DNA of 64,000 nt from Perkinsus chesapeaki ATCC PRA-425 (Eukaryota; Protista; Perkinsozoa): the NCBI GenBank assembly GCA_013115145.1, contig JAAPAO010000032.1, positions 58,575 through 122,574 on the forward strand, written 5' to 3'. The position numbers and the translations under genes are program-made. The notes below the pieces were generated by a model. The model was not told the origin of the DNA and did no database searches. It saw nothing but the letters and a program-made list of their open reading frames with translations. Shown in pieces: positions 14,220 through 30,742 of this stretch. Within the stretch, counting starts at the first letter, position 1; each line of letters starts with the position of its first letter.

Positions 14220-15404
14220 TTAATTCCATAAGACAGTACTAATAGCAGTAGCGAATGCTTGCATTACAGATAAAGGATATTTTACATCCAAAGCATACGC
14301 GTCATTACCAATTTTACCAAATTGGCATATTATATCAGTAGAGTCGGATAAAGACAATTGAAAGTTCTTTGCGGATGGTATAATAATACGATTATTAAAA
14401 TCAAGAATAAGACAGTTCATATGATTATTCCATTCAGGTTGTATAGATGATAATACTATACCATTAGAACCATCGGGGCGAAGTGCTAACTTATGCTGAT
14501 CGCCTCTTAATGGACACCATATTGGATCATTAACATTAGGAATAGCCAGTTTTATTGAGTTATATATTCCTCGTCCAACACATTTACTATCTTGAGTTAT
14601 ACACCCCAATTGCTGTGAACTAAGGCGTATACCATTTACGAATGTTGATGACCTTCTTAACAATGAAGAGGATGTAATATCATAATCATTATTATCACTA
14701 CCATCATCTATTGTATAATATTTAATAGGATTATCAAGTAAAAGTAAGGATGCTCTATTAAGTATATCAGATGTTATGAGAATGTCCGAACAACATATAC
14801 CACCACTTTTACAACGATAACGGCAAGCATCACACTGTGATGATAAGATGGTCCACTGAGATGCATCATTAGAACTTATCATAACCAATGCTGGTTTATC
14901 TATTGAGAATAATGAATCATCTGTGTTATAGAAATAGAACTTAGCACGAACCATTCGACGATGACGACGACGTCGGGGTAGTTGTTGATCCTGTAATCGA
15001 GCAGCATCATCACTACCATCACCATCAACAAGTCCACATTTAAATATATCAACGTGACAATAAGCTAAGAAATCACCAGTGTCCTCGGATTCCAATACAA
15101 ATGATGATCCATTCCTTATAACTTTAAAGTGATGATAACCATGATCGTTATCACAGGTGTCAGGTAACGGCCTTGTTAAATCTAATCTAACTTCTCTGGC
15201 TAGTCCTTCTTCTAAATAATAAGCCATATCAAATGGTGTACTGTCATCATTACCACCACCCGCAGCAGGACGAGGACTAATGATTGGGGAAGGGGCAGCT
15301 GAATAGACAGATTCACTGCCTCCAGCAGTGGTGGTACTATCATCATCTGATGATTTATTAAATAATGATATAGTAGAAGGATATCGTAACAGACGTTGAA
15401 GCAT
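14220..15404 (-). CDS. Tubby C-terminal domain protein, intronless
   Basis: 394-aa ORF ending PEWNNHMNCLILDFNNRIIIPSAKNFQL...QFGKIGNDAYALDVKYPLSVMQAFATAIS, the canonical Tubby C-terminus. Confidence 0.88.
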   Translation of the reverse strand: MLQRLLRYPSTISLFNKSSDDDSTTTAGGSESVYSAAPSPIISPRPAAGGGNDDSTPFDMAYYLEEGLAREVRLDLTRPLPDTCDNDHGYHHFKVIRNGSSFVLESEDTGDFLAYCHVDIFKCGLVDGDGSDDAARLQDQQLPRRRRHRRMVRAKFYFYNTDDSLFSIDKPALVMISSNDASQWTILSSQCDACRYRCKSGGICCSDILITSDILNRASLLLLDNPIKYYTIDDGSDNNDYDITSSSLLRRSSTFVNGIRLSSQQLGCITQDSKCVGRGIYNSIKLAIPNVNDPIWCPLRGDQHKLALRPDGSNGIVLSSIQPEWNNHMNCLILDFNNRIIIPSAKNFQLSLSDSTDIICQFGKIGNDAYALDVKYPLSVMQAFATAISTVLWN

Positions 15405-15545
15405 TATTATTATAATGTACTAAAGGAGATATAAATAAAAAACACAATTACAAAAAGATAATATCGCAGAAAAATGATCACTCGTAATCATCATCATCGT
15501 TGTTGTTGTTGCGGACTGTACGATGACCCTCCTCCTTATTCTCCT

Positions 15546-16451
15546 TTACTTGCGACCTACTCCTTTGGTTTCCTTTTTAAGCGGATTTGGCGCATCAGTA
15601 CCGTACAGATGGTGGCCAACATTCCATGTCTGACCGTATCTGTTAAATATAAGATTAACAGAGATAGAAGAGAGAATATAATACTACTTATCCTTGAAGT
15701 GATTCAAGGCTGATGGTTGCCACCAAAAATAGTAGAAAAACATCCTCATCAAAGTGTACCTGATGATGATGTTGAGGTGTGTGGTAAAGTGGTAGTGGTC
15801 GTCGTCTTACACTGCAAGGGTGTTAATAAGCCAAACTCCACACTCCGTCTCGAAGAATCTTTCGAAGATGAAGTTCAACTAAATATAATTATCAATAAGC
15901 GTTAATGATGATATTACTTTATCACTGAGAATGAATTGAACCTCGGGAAAGTAAAAAGGCTTATCAAACTCAGTTAGGAATAATGGGCTACCAGCCAACA
16001 TAAAACGTGATGTCATACTAGATGGTGATACTAAATAATATATATTATAATAATAAATATATATAAGCTTACATGATGATAAGGAGGAGCATTGAGGGCA
16101 ACCACATTTACCAGGGGTATGACCTAACATGATTATATGGAAATATGGTATGATATAATAATTACTCGATTTAATACTTCTGCAGGCTAGGCAGTTACAT
16201 TGTCCTTCTACTTTATGATTTGTCACCGAGAAATCAATGCCCTAATAAGATATTAACCTAATAATTATTAATACTATTTACCGATAAACCAGTGTTAACT
16301 GATGGTAGGGTTGGATGTGATAACAAATGATGAGGAGTCTAAGATGTTAGTAATATTAAACAATTATTATCATTACTGTTGATATACTCCTTGATATCTG
16401 CCAAGCCACAGAAGTAGGTGTACGGCTTATAACACGATGTAAAAGGGACAT
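15546..16451 (-). CDS. Probable nuclear-encoded mitochondrial ATP synthase subunit 8 (myzozoan type) with presequence and Cys-rich insert
   Basis: Spliced product MSLLHRVISRTPTSVAWQISRSIST...MLAGSPLFLTEFDKPFYFPEVQFILSDK|LNFIFERFFETECGVWLINTLAV|YTLMRMFFYYFWW...VGHHLYGTDAPNPL. It resembles, from memory, Toxoplasma subunit 8 (MLAASPMLFTDYD...ERFFENEYG...VGHPRY...NPL). One TM helix. Not database-verified. Confidence 0.72.
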
Positions 16452-16508
16452 AACGACAACAACAACAAACGCCCTTTCTTTAGTGAGGAAGGTCAATTAA
16501 TTACCTTT

Positions 16509-16548
16509 AAAAAGGTCATGCTCGGGATTGAACCGGGGACCTCGGCGC
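16509..16548 (-). other. tRNA 3'-half-like element (variable loop, T-arm, acceptor strand, TTTTT) in a divergent intergenic region
   Basis: Minus strand GCGCCGAGGTCCCCGGTTCAATCCCGAGCATGACC-TTTTT. No matching D-arm or 5' acceptor strand found. Confidence 0.7.
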
Positions 16549-16591
16549 AAAACCACTGATCACTGCTGCTGCAGTCGTTTCAATAGTCGAC

Positions 16592-19500
16592 ATGAGAATA
16601 TCGGACAACCTACCATTCCGCCCACTACGGTTCTTAGTGACCTGGTTTCTACTCACCGGTATTGTATTTACCTCTATATCAGAGGTTAATGCAGGTAGTA
16701 AAATGGTAAAGTGATGAGTCGCATATTAATGGTTAGGTTCAACCTTTTCTCGTACAAATGAGCCTGTTAAGTTATTATTCGAGCCCGGAACTATTGACTT
16801 TGGTTTAGCGTAGTTATAGATAATCTACCCTCTATCATCATTGTTCACTTTAGGCATGATTATTCCATTGTAGAAAGTAATGTTGTTATTACTAATACTG
16901 GACGACAGGATATCACCATAGTTGATGTTGGTAATATTATTATTATCTATATTACTATATGTTTTAATAGACTTAAGTATTCCTGCTACTGATATATACA
17001 TAGCTGATTTACCTATTAAAGTTGGCAGACGACAGAAAGTCGTGTTAAATATCCAGTTTATCCCAACACCGATTGAGGTAGTTAACAAGGAGGAGGGTTG
17101 TTATAGGTTACTTCAGGCAACATTAACAGATCATGTTGTAAATGGAGGTATTAAATTCATTACTTCTTACAATGGTATATCGGATCAATTGTTTATTCGT
17201 TATAATGTAATAGCTCATTTAGTAATAATATTTACATTATATCAGCCTTCACCACCTTTATGGGGTCTGACATCTTTAAATGACAATTACACTCAAGCTC
17301 AGGATTCATCATTGATATCTTTGAATATTACTAACACTCAGGTAAGGAGGGACTCTAACTAGTAGACCTCCTACCAGACGATCCGAGTTCAATTCAATCT
17401 CAGGCCACTCAAGACTTGGTAGTTTCTAAGGTATTCGAGCGTTCATCTCTCCCCTATCCACGAGGATTAGTTAGTCCTCCTAATAAAGGTGGTTGGCCGA
17501 TAACAATCCCTCCAGGTATAATATTAATACTACTAAGTATAATTATTATCAGGAATGACGGCAACTGTTGCCTATATAAAAAGTATTGTTACCTCCTCTG
17601 GTAACTATCGTACACTTATTACCATCAATACAGCTAAAGATGAAGTTCTTGGGGTTATACCGTAATCAATCTCATGACACGTTTGGTAATAGTCATATCT
17701 TACAGGTTCAATATGAGCATAAGCTCGATAGGTGGTCTTCGCTTTCACCCAGAAATGATTGATTTTGGTAATATTGAATTAGGTTAGTATATTTCTGTTG
17801 TTATTTATTAGGTCTTAGAAGGCCCGATGATTACTTCCTTTCTCATCTTGAGCTTTCTGCTCGTTATGATGCTCGTCCAGATATGGCTAATACTAGTGCT
17901 GTTGAGATGTAGTAGTAGTATGGTGGTGGTGGTGCTGCGGCTCGTTGTGGTGGTGTACAGTGGTGTTGGGCTTTTACCTTTACTCCATGGATAAATCACT
18001 TGTTAGTATTAAGGCATAATTCCCTTTGGATCCTCTTCTTCTTCTCTCAATCGCATTCATATTTCTTATAATATGTATCGGTAATTTAATCCGTATCATC
18101 GATGGTATAGATAATACTAGGGGTATGATTTGTACATGTCCTATTTAGTTATAATGTCACTTATCTGTCATACAAGGATAATAAAGTTAACAACATTGAG
18201 GTGATAGCCGAAATGAAGAAGTCATTGGTGAGGATAAGTAATAAGGATGATAATGTACCAGGTGAGCATGTTGTTGTTATTATTATTGGTCTTATGAATA
18301 ATATTAATATTTAGTGTCAAATGTATGGATTGATACCTCTAGTAGTGCAAGAGGTATAATAGATGTTAATGGATGCTTACTTGTTCATACCAACATTTCT
18401 TCAACACCCATACGGATAGGGGTGAAGGGAAGGTGAGTATAAAGCAATGGTATGATGAAGCTTTGGCACTGTGTTGTTATTAGGGTATCGAATAGATTAC
18501 CAAAAGTTTATTATGCCGATGGTGAGGTGAGAATGCAATATTGGGTTGAAGACGGTAGGGTTACTAGTATTGATGATATTACATTAACTACAGAGTGGGG
18601 TGGTAATAATATAATAGAAGTTGTTGATAGAGCAAATGTAAAGATGATAATATAATAATAATACTTATCGTATTTAATAGGTTATGGATAATGCACTGCA
18701 TGATATGGTTAAGGTAGACATCATCATGCCTACTGCTACTAATACTGGAGGATCAATAAAGGTAATGATGATATAGCTATTGTTATAGTATTATTATAGT
18801 AGATATCATTGAATCATTCACATAATATACTAGATAACCTTGGCGAAGATGATCGCCTAAGAGTATTCACTAAACCTACCATTATAGCAGTTTGTAGGTT
18901 ATATAATCGTAATATTATATTACTATTACAGATACAAAGGATGACAGAGTAATGCCATTAAGTCTTAGACTTTATACTAATACACTTATTATACTATTGT
19001 ATAATAAAGGTAATATATAGATAGGTTATGGAGCTGGCTTATTGGGCTTGGTCAGATGGTAGGGGGGATATGGTATCGTCTATATATGGTGATATGAAAG
19101 ATAAGAAGTTCCCTCTTGATAGTATAGAGTTCGGTGGTAATGCTACTGTAGTGCTATCTATAAGTAACCCTAATCCAAGTAGTATAACAATCATTGATGG
19201 GTTAAGGTAATAAGGTATTATAGGATATTGCCAATAGTAGTATACATTTGTAGGGTAGTAGAAGGTGATGATGGTTTAATGATGAATAATAGAATAGAGG
19301 CAAATATAGACTATGGTACTCTATAGACTAGAGGATGTTCTTATTATTATAGTCATTAGATATGAATGGTAATATTGTATTACCTCCCAATGGGGTTATC
19401 GATATGAGAATAATAATATATAATATAACTGAGCAGAAATATATAACTGTTAGTGGGCATACCAGTCGTGGAGAGGATATTAATATAACACTTATAGTAA

Positions 19501-22500
19501 TATTACCCTATATTACCCTATAGCACCACCATGTTTACTCTTTAGCCAAATATACTAACACATGATGAAATATCAAAGGTAAAGTGCTGTTGTTATTGTT
19601 GTTGTTAAAGTATTATGTTATTGTTACAGGCTCGATGTACTGTATTGAATACAGACAATTATCACCTAACTTCAACGTACTACTACCATAACATAATTTA
19701 TATATTTGAGATACCTTTTAGTTGCCTTAACCATTCATTTGATATTAAGAATATTGAATCCATGGATACTCGCTTACAAGTATTAACTAGCAATTGTGTC
19801 TTTACTGAATTGTAATAACATTTAGTTTTGGATACAATCGCAGGAGTCATCTGAAGATCTGCTTGCTATAGGACGTCTTATGCTGGATAATGTACTAGTT
19901 GATTGGGTGATATTACTCGCATATACTATAATAATCTTTTGTTAGCTACCAACTCAGCTTGAAGTGAATAACAATTGTGGGCAGATAGTGCTTGGAAAAG
20001 GTACGCGGTAAGCGGTTTTAGTGTAACGCTAACTTTAGTAATAGGCTCGAGCAAGGCTAGAGAGATGGAATGGCTTACTGATAGATATTCATTAGTTGAG
20101 AATAGGAATGATGAAAAGATGTTTTTAAATAAGGTAAGATGGGGTATGCATCAGCAGCAGGGATCGAACCTATGTCTTAGATTGTATTGTCTGGTAATGA
20201 TTGGAAATATTATATACAAAGTCCATGGGTCATACCAAAGCAACGACATACATCAGTAATAGTTCTAGGTTGTTATAGTTAATTATTTAATGGTTGATAG
20301 TTATTAACTAGATACTAGCACCCTATCAAGGTGAGGTTATAGGGCTTAGACTAGCTACACTGGGTTCATGTAGAGGAGCACGTATACTTATATACAATCC
20401 ATTGAAGTATTCTCCTATAGATGTAATGCTACATAATGCTATTATAATGGCGGTAGTAGTAGTATAGTTATGGTAAAGGTACGTATTGGTTATATTGTCA
20501 CTGATGATGATAAGGTTATGGCATTCTCATCTGCTGTTAATTATTCTAGTGTATATGGTAAAGTAAGTATATTAGTGTTGTTATTATCGTTGTTGTTGCT
20601 ATCATTATGCAATAATAATAATAGGTGTATCAAGTACCACCTCAATCCTATGCATACATACCAGCATTAAGGTTTTGTCGTTTGTTATATAATGGTATAT
20701 CTTATGATGGTATTATGTATATTATCAATAACTATACTAAAATAGAGTCATTATCATTTATCATCCCATCACCTGATGAGCAGAAAGAATATAAAAAGGG
20801 TTATGAAGATGATGATGATTATGTTGTACATGGACATACTGCTATTGATATACCATTACCATCATTATCATTGGTAATAATGATACTTGGCCTTGTTATA
20901 ATATATCAGGTATCGGTAGTAGAAAGTACCTCTTTATTGACACGTCTAGAGATGATATACTCTATAGCTACGGGGAGTGATGAGTTAGCTATCAGATTTG
21001 GGTCTATATCATTGCAAATACCGCATATTATTAAAAATGAGATAGGTGGTAAAATAAGTAGGATACAGTTTGCTGGAGAAAAAGGAGGATGTAATGTAAC
21101 TAAATATGTTATTATTATTATTATTTGTACTTAACAAGGTACCACTGAAGCAGGATATAAGCTTGTAACACCACTGTGTGAAGATGGTAAAGAATATCGT
21201 AATAATAATAACAATGCAGGAGTAGATTATTTAAATGATGGTAATATAACATCATCATCATCCACTACTGCTACTAACTACTACACTACTAAATAGATGT
21301 ATGGCTTAAGTGTTATTGCTGTTTTCAGATCTTACTGTTGACATAGTAGCTCCAATATCAGTTAAACGGGAATATGATACTAATGATGACTATGATACTA
21401 GCGTTGTTATTATTATTAATGGTGATAATAATAATACTACTTATAGGTTATTAGTAATATGATGATGATGATGATGATGTTAGTGATAATTTTATATCTT
21501 ATTATTAGGTATCTATAGAAGGGATTACGGATGAGAGAAGGGTTGATATGATAGATCATACATTACGGGAGTTAATCGACTCATGGCCACCGGGTCAGAT
21601 AAGAGCTCATCTTAATAAAAAAGCTGTAAAAATGCGACGAATGGGAATCGAACTCGGCTGGAGAATTGATTATCATTTTCAGTCTGGTATAATTGAGATT
21701 AAGGATGATGGTTATAAAGTTTTACATAATAAAGAGTTAATAGAGTTATTAGAGATGGCTGTTGAACTAGGTGGTGATATTAATGGTCAAACAGGAGGAG
21801 TAATGAAGAATCATAGAATAACTAACAATAATAGTGAATACAGCAGCAGGAGTAGCAGCAGTGTCAGCAAAGTGTCACTAGTAGAAGTTATAAGTATATT
21901 ATTTATTACTGGATTAGCTGTAATAGGCTGTGTATATTATATCATTGTTATTGTTATTATTAGAGCCTCAAGATAACATGGAGAGGTACTCGTGAAAGGA
22001 AAGGATATATAGCAAGACAGAATAAAATAGCAAATACAGCTTTAAGGAACAACAAGAACAACAAGAAGAAGAATAATAATAATAACTACTCTGGTTGTCA
22101 ACAACATTATCATCATCGATCAAGGTAAGTGGATGAGTGATGATGGGGGTAATGTATTCATATGCTCATCAGTTACAGTCGAAACAACAACAACAACAAT
22201 AATAATATGTATCATGAGACGACACCACCAGCATCAGTTGGTCGTAGTAGAGATGGAGAAGGAGGAGGAGAGCAAACTATCAGGGACGGGTTAATAGAGT
22301 TCTTTACTACTGCCCTAGAGAGAGATAATAAGGCTACATCTAAACAGCAGCAGCAGCAGCAGCATCAACAACATCATCAGCAGCATATAATGAAGGATAA
22401 TACAGATGATGATTATGATGGTGAGTGTTTGGAATTGAGATGATTGATAATTGTAATTATTAGGGAGTAGTGAGCAGCATAGTCAGAAGGGGTCGTCAGA

Positions 22501-24405
22501 AGGGTATAGTAAATTGGTGGCAACCCCACAACAACAGCAGCAGCAGCAAATGGGTTGTTCATCAAGACAACATAAGGGTGTTCTTCATCATACTAGAGTG
22601 TTATTGAGTAATGCGGAGGTAGTAGTGGATGAGCAACCATCTGCAGTGAAACTAAAGAATGTAGGATGGAAGTAGTGTAAAAGATAAGGAATGTATTATT
22701 AGATACAATCAGCGGTTGAAGCCTCTATGGCTTTACAGAGTAAACCATCAGTAGTAGTAGATAGTGGTGATAATACTACTACTACAGATGCTGCAAAGAT
22801 CAATAGGAAGAATAAGCAACCTACTACTACTGCTAGTACCAACGCCACCAGACAGCTGCCTTGTGGGGGGCCATCGAGAGGCATGAGAGGAGATAGAAAA
22901 GTTAAGGGAACTAAGGGGTTATCGACAACAGCAGTACCACACTTCACACGCCAACATCAACAACACGAACATCAAGACAGTGTGAGAGAAGTAAAGGCTA
23001 GAGGCAAGGCAGGCTCACATCAACCACCAGTAGTAGCAGCAGCGTCACAGTGTCGTACTGTTACAAGGGAGAGGATATCCTGTAGAGCTGATGGGAAAGT
23101 GGATGAAAGAGAAGAGGATGATAATAATTTACCCAAATCATCATTAGATGATAAATCTAGTATGATACATGAAGAGTCGGTTGATAGGATGGATGAGGAA
23201 GAAGATAAGAGTAGTACTGATAAGATTATACCTGCTGCTGCTGCTGGTGGTGGAGTACAACCATTTGATGATGCAAGCATGTTACAGCCTCAAACATTAT
23301 CAGCATCATTACAGATGTTATTTAGACAAGCCCCGGTATATGATACTCAACAACAGCAGCTGCAGCAGCAGAGGGCTACTACCACTCCTTCCACTGCTGC
23401 TGTTGTTGCTGCTGACAGAGATGATAATAATAATGATGATGATGATCTAGAATATGATATTACATCATTATTGAACAATCTTAATAGGGAGGTGTTGAAT
23501 AACGAGGAACAACATCATCAGCAGCAGGAGAGGGAAAGGAATACTTTTGCTGTTAATACAAGAAGTACTACTACTAATCCTAATCCACTTGTTGATGATT
23601 ATGGTATGTCACCTTGTTATTCTTCATCGATATTCGGATATGAAGATGGTGGCATTGGAGGTAATAAAAGGTTGGTGAGTTGGCCTCTAAGGATTGTGTA
23701 TTAGATGCTCTTTATGAGCCAGTAACAAGTTGGCTTCCACCACCACCAACCACTACAACAACAACCCAGCAGCAGCAGCAGCAATCTGCATTCGCAACAG
23801 GAGGGTATCAACAACAACAACAACAACAACAACAAGAAGGAGCACCTGCAGCAGCGCAGCGGAGTTCACCGTTCGATTATAGTTATGGCAGCAGCAGTTT
23901 ACTACTACCAGACAGTGGCACTAACGACAATCGTATACGGCAATATTATTATACATCACGAGATGGAAGAGAACAACAACTAGAAGATAATGACCATCAC
24001 CAAACCCTCCCTATCCATCATCATCCAACAACAACATCATCATCTACATCAACGAGTAACTATGGCTTTGGTGTTGAGTCGGCGCTTGGTCATCAACAAC
24101 AACAAAGGGTGTCTTCACCACCACCACCATCATCATGGTCTACACAAGGTAATAATGATGCTGATAAAGGTAGAAGAATGATATGTTTAGATGAAGAGTT
24201 TTGGCTATCACAACGTCCATCCTACCTCAATGGCTACCAGCCTCAGGATCATCGACCACGACAAGAAGAAGAAGAGTTTGTGGATCGATACTGCGATTTC
24301 ACTTCGTTTGCAACTGATACTGCGGCTAACACTTCAGCTACATCATCATCATCGCATGGTTATCATCATAGACGTAGAAGGTTTGGATCAAGGAATCTTT
24401 GGTAG
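16592..24405 (+). CDS. Large type-I membrane protein, TMEM131-like (repeated ASH/Ig-like modules, TM helix, low-complexity tail)
   Basis: Signal peptide MRISDNLPFRPLRFLVTWFLLTGIVFTS; KLLFEPGTIDFGL...VVITNTGRQDITIVDV; LRFHPEMIDFGNIE; VVLSISNPNPSSITI; TM near 21880-21950; Q/T/D-rich tail. It could be split into more than one gene. Confidence 0.5.
20134..20180 (-). other. 47-nt intron carrying an antisense tRNA T-arm-like motif
   Basis: Intron GTAAGATGGG...CTTAG; antisense reading CATAGGTTCGATCCCTGCTGCTG. Confidence 0.55.
21626..21682 (-). other. Candidate 57-nt in-frame intron carrying an antisense tRNA 3'-half-like motif with TTTTT
   Basis: GTAAAAATGCGACGAATGGGAATCGAACTCGG...TTTTCAG; antisense CCGAGTTCGATTCCCATTCGTCGCA-TTTTT. 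The frame is also open through it, so splicing is unproven. Confidence 0.5.
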
Positions 24406-24614
24406 ATTAATGTTATTACTATTGACTTATACCGGCGATGGCCGCGCTTATTACCATCATCAGCAGCAGCAGCAGCACTTTAGCTTTTTCTTCTTCTTCC
24501 TTAATCTTATGTCTTGTTACTAGGGTAATAGCAGGTCAGGGCAGCGTTCAGTTCAGAGTTATATGTTAAATTTACTATATGAATAATAATAAAGATATAG
24601 AGCCGACTAGCAGT

Positions 24615-25237
24615 ATGGTGCAGATTAGGGAACTATTGGCCGATAGAGAGGTAATAGTAGAAGGTAGTAGTAGCAGCATAGGTAGTGGTTAGGCAGCGAG
24701 AGATGATATCAAAGATATGCGACAAATGTTGAAGTTTCTGATAGATCGATGTCATCAGCTAGAGAATGCGTATAATGATAGGGAGACACGGTTTCGGGAA
24801 GAGCTGAAGTTGAAGGATGAAGAGCATAAAAGGGAGATGATGTTGGCTATGGTACAAAGGGTCGTGGGTTCGATCCTCGGCTTGAGTATTTTACTCTCCC
24901 AGGCGGAAGTTAGTGAACTGGAATCCCGTATTGAGGCTCTATCTGGCATAAAACATGAGCTTAACTTCCGACTTCATCAATTAGAAGGAGGGGCGAAGGG
25001 TGATGATGGTATTGCTACTACTACATCATCATCACCAATTTGTGGATGCTGTCTTGAAAGGCCAGCTAGTACTGTAGTGTTACCATGTCGACATCTGGTT
25101 AGTATACGTAGTAGCATAGTCATTTATTAGCATCCTCTTCTACTTGTTAGGTATTATGTTATCATTGCTCTCGACAGCTTAGTTTATGCCCAGTTTGTCG
25201 ATCAATAGTAAATGAGAGATTGGATGTATTCATTTAG
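24615..25237 (+). CDS. Coiled-coil plus C3HC4 RING-finger protein (putative E3 ligase)
   Basis: Coiled coil, then CGCCLERPASTVVLPCRHL|VLCYHCSRQLSLCPVCRSIVNERLDVFI*. Confidence 0.85.
24852..24902 (+). other. Candidate 51-nt intron with a sense tRNA T-arm motif and TTTT
   Basis: GTACAAAGGGTCGTGGGTTCGATCCTCGGCTTGAGTATTTTACTCTCCCAG. In frame and stop-free, so splicing is unproven. Confidence 0.6.
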
Positions 25238-25405
25238 ACACATGTTGCTGTTGTATATTAATAATAATAGGAGGCATCATTATTGTCATAACATTTAAAG
25301 AGTGTATTATTATGTCACATCTTATGCTCCAGTTGCTTGCTGTTGATTTCAGTATTGTCGTATCAATTAATCATCAGCCTACTGCTGCTGCTACTGCTGC
25401 TGGCC

Positions 25406-26525
25406 ATGCCCTCTCCACCTTCTCCTTCTTCACCATCTTCATCATCATCCATATCACCATCTAACCCTGCTGGTAGACTAGTCTTAGATGGGCAAGCCTT
25501 CTCAGATAGAGTAGTCGATAGTGTTGCTATACGATTGTTAAGGAATATTGACTGTGGCCATGAACTGGTGCAACGGTAAGTGATGATGTTCATTATCATC
25601 ATCATCATCCTTCTACTTGGTCATGATAAGCGCTGATTGTTTTAGGTGGCGAGATGAGATAACAGAACTGAGGGAGGAGAATCAATACGCGCTTGGATAC
25701 TTAAGTACTTTGGAAAGATGCTCTTGCGCTCCACCACCTAAAAAGGGTACTAGGAAATATACGGTAAGGAATCCTAGTCATCAGAAGACAAGAATGAAGG
25801 TGATGATGGTTATGATGAAGGAGGCTGCTGAAGAGGAATGTTGTTGATGTTTAGGATAGAGATATCGATCCTTTTTTGGATATTGGTGATGATTGCCTTG
25901 GTTTATCATCAGGCAATGCAGTTATTATACCTCCTACATCTAATCCAGTCTTCCAGAAGTATACTGTCGTTGGGACCAACGTATCTGAGGTAGTAGTAGT
26001 TGTTGTAATATGGCTAGATAATGTATAGTGTTATATTAGGCCAGGGATGCTACACCAGTAGAGCTACATTCAAAAGTTGGTATGGGAATGATTAAAAAAC
26101 AACAATCACCTTCTTCTTCATCTTCATCTTCACCATCCTATGCATTGGCCTCTACAGCAGAGCAGCAGGATAAAGGTATGGGTTCCCGTTCGGGAGGCAC
26201 GAGTTCGAACCATCCTCGGTCCACTTCCATTGGTTCAATTGATGATGAAGATGTTGATGTAAAAGGTGATGATGATAGTTCACCTTTGGAAGGTGGGGAC
26301 GGTAAGCTACCACCAAAGTCCAAGATGGTTGTATATGGATACACATCATCAAAAGAGAGATCTAGAATATGTGATTGGGGTAAGCGTGGTGGTATGGCAA
26401 GATGCCATCCTTATTATGGTTTTATACACCTATGTGGCAGCAGCATAGAATGGTTTTTCCCAAAAGGAGATGTTACTCTTACTGGCTTCTTTCGTGAGGG
26501 TAAAAAGGAGGTAGCAATCATTTAA
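25406..26525 (+). CDS. Hypothetical multi-exon protein, Ser/Asp-rich
   Basis: Exons MPSPPSPSSP...GHELVQR|WRDEITELREENQYALG... ending ...GFFREGKKEVAII*. No recognised domain. Confidence 0.5.
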
Positions 26526-26619
26526 CCATTATAATATTGTTATTATCACTAAGTATTGTGTTTATGTCAATATTGGCAATGTGGGATGGTTAGGCTTGTA
26601 ATAGACGGTCATTATTGTT

Positions 26620-30228
<3,609 letters not shown>

Positions 30229-30273
30229 TGATGATTGTGACTTTGGATACTTCCGGTCACGATGCTCTATTAC

Positions 30274-30742
30274 TTAATACACCCGAGTTAATGCTCTATC
30301 AATACCTCTTCTTATATCCATGCATGGCTCCTCCTCTTCCATATTATACAATGTCTTGGGTTCCAAGTTCTTTAGTAACTCATAACAGTAAAGCAGTAAC
30401 CCATAAGTCTGAATGAAGGCATGTTCACCTTAAATACTCGGAAGGGTATTCCCGACCGATCGTAGACCACGATTCGCAGCAATGTATGTCGGCTCTTCAA
30501 TCCATGATCCGACATGATATAATGACACTTAACATAATTCTCCAGTTCTTCCAAAGCGCCAGTAGTTGACACAAGCCAGCTGTTTGCTCCTCTAGCCTTA
30601 CGCGGAGGCAACCGTAACAGGTGTAGTGAGCCGATAATCTACGAGTACTCAACAAAAGTTATTGCCTTTTGGTCAGCACATTACCCAAAAGAGCCATTAC
30701 CGGAGATGATGAGGACGGCGGTCGACGGGTGTCATTGTTCAT
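30274..30742 (-). CDS. Small three-exon hypothetical protein (about 120 aa)
   Basis: Two phase-0 GT-AG introns join MNNDTRRPPSSSSP|IIGSLHLLRLPPRKARG...FRVFK|LLKNLEPK...LTRVY*. Confidence 0.55.

Noticed and set aside
16595-16642. Apparent A-box and 5' acceptor strand making a long intron-containing tRNA with the 16514 element
   Set aside because: This stretch is the antisense of the signal-peptide coding sequence of the gene starting at 16592, and only 5 bp of acceptor pairing is possible.
3185-26210. Isolated B-box matches at about 3187, 10028, 13138, 15935, 17385 and 26200 (also about 38528)
   Set aside because: Mostly in coding exons or lacking a T-stem and variable loop. A 9-nt degenerate motif is expected by chance at this frequency.
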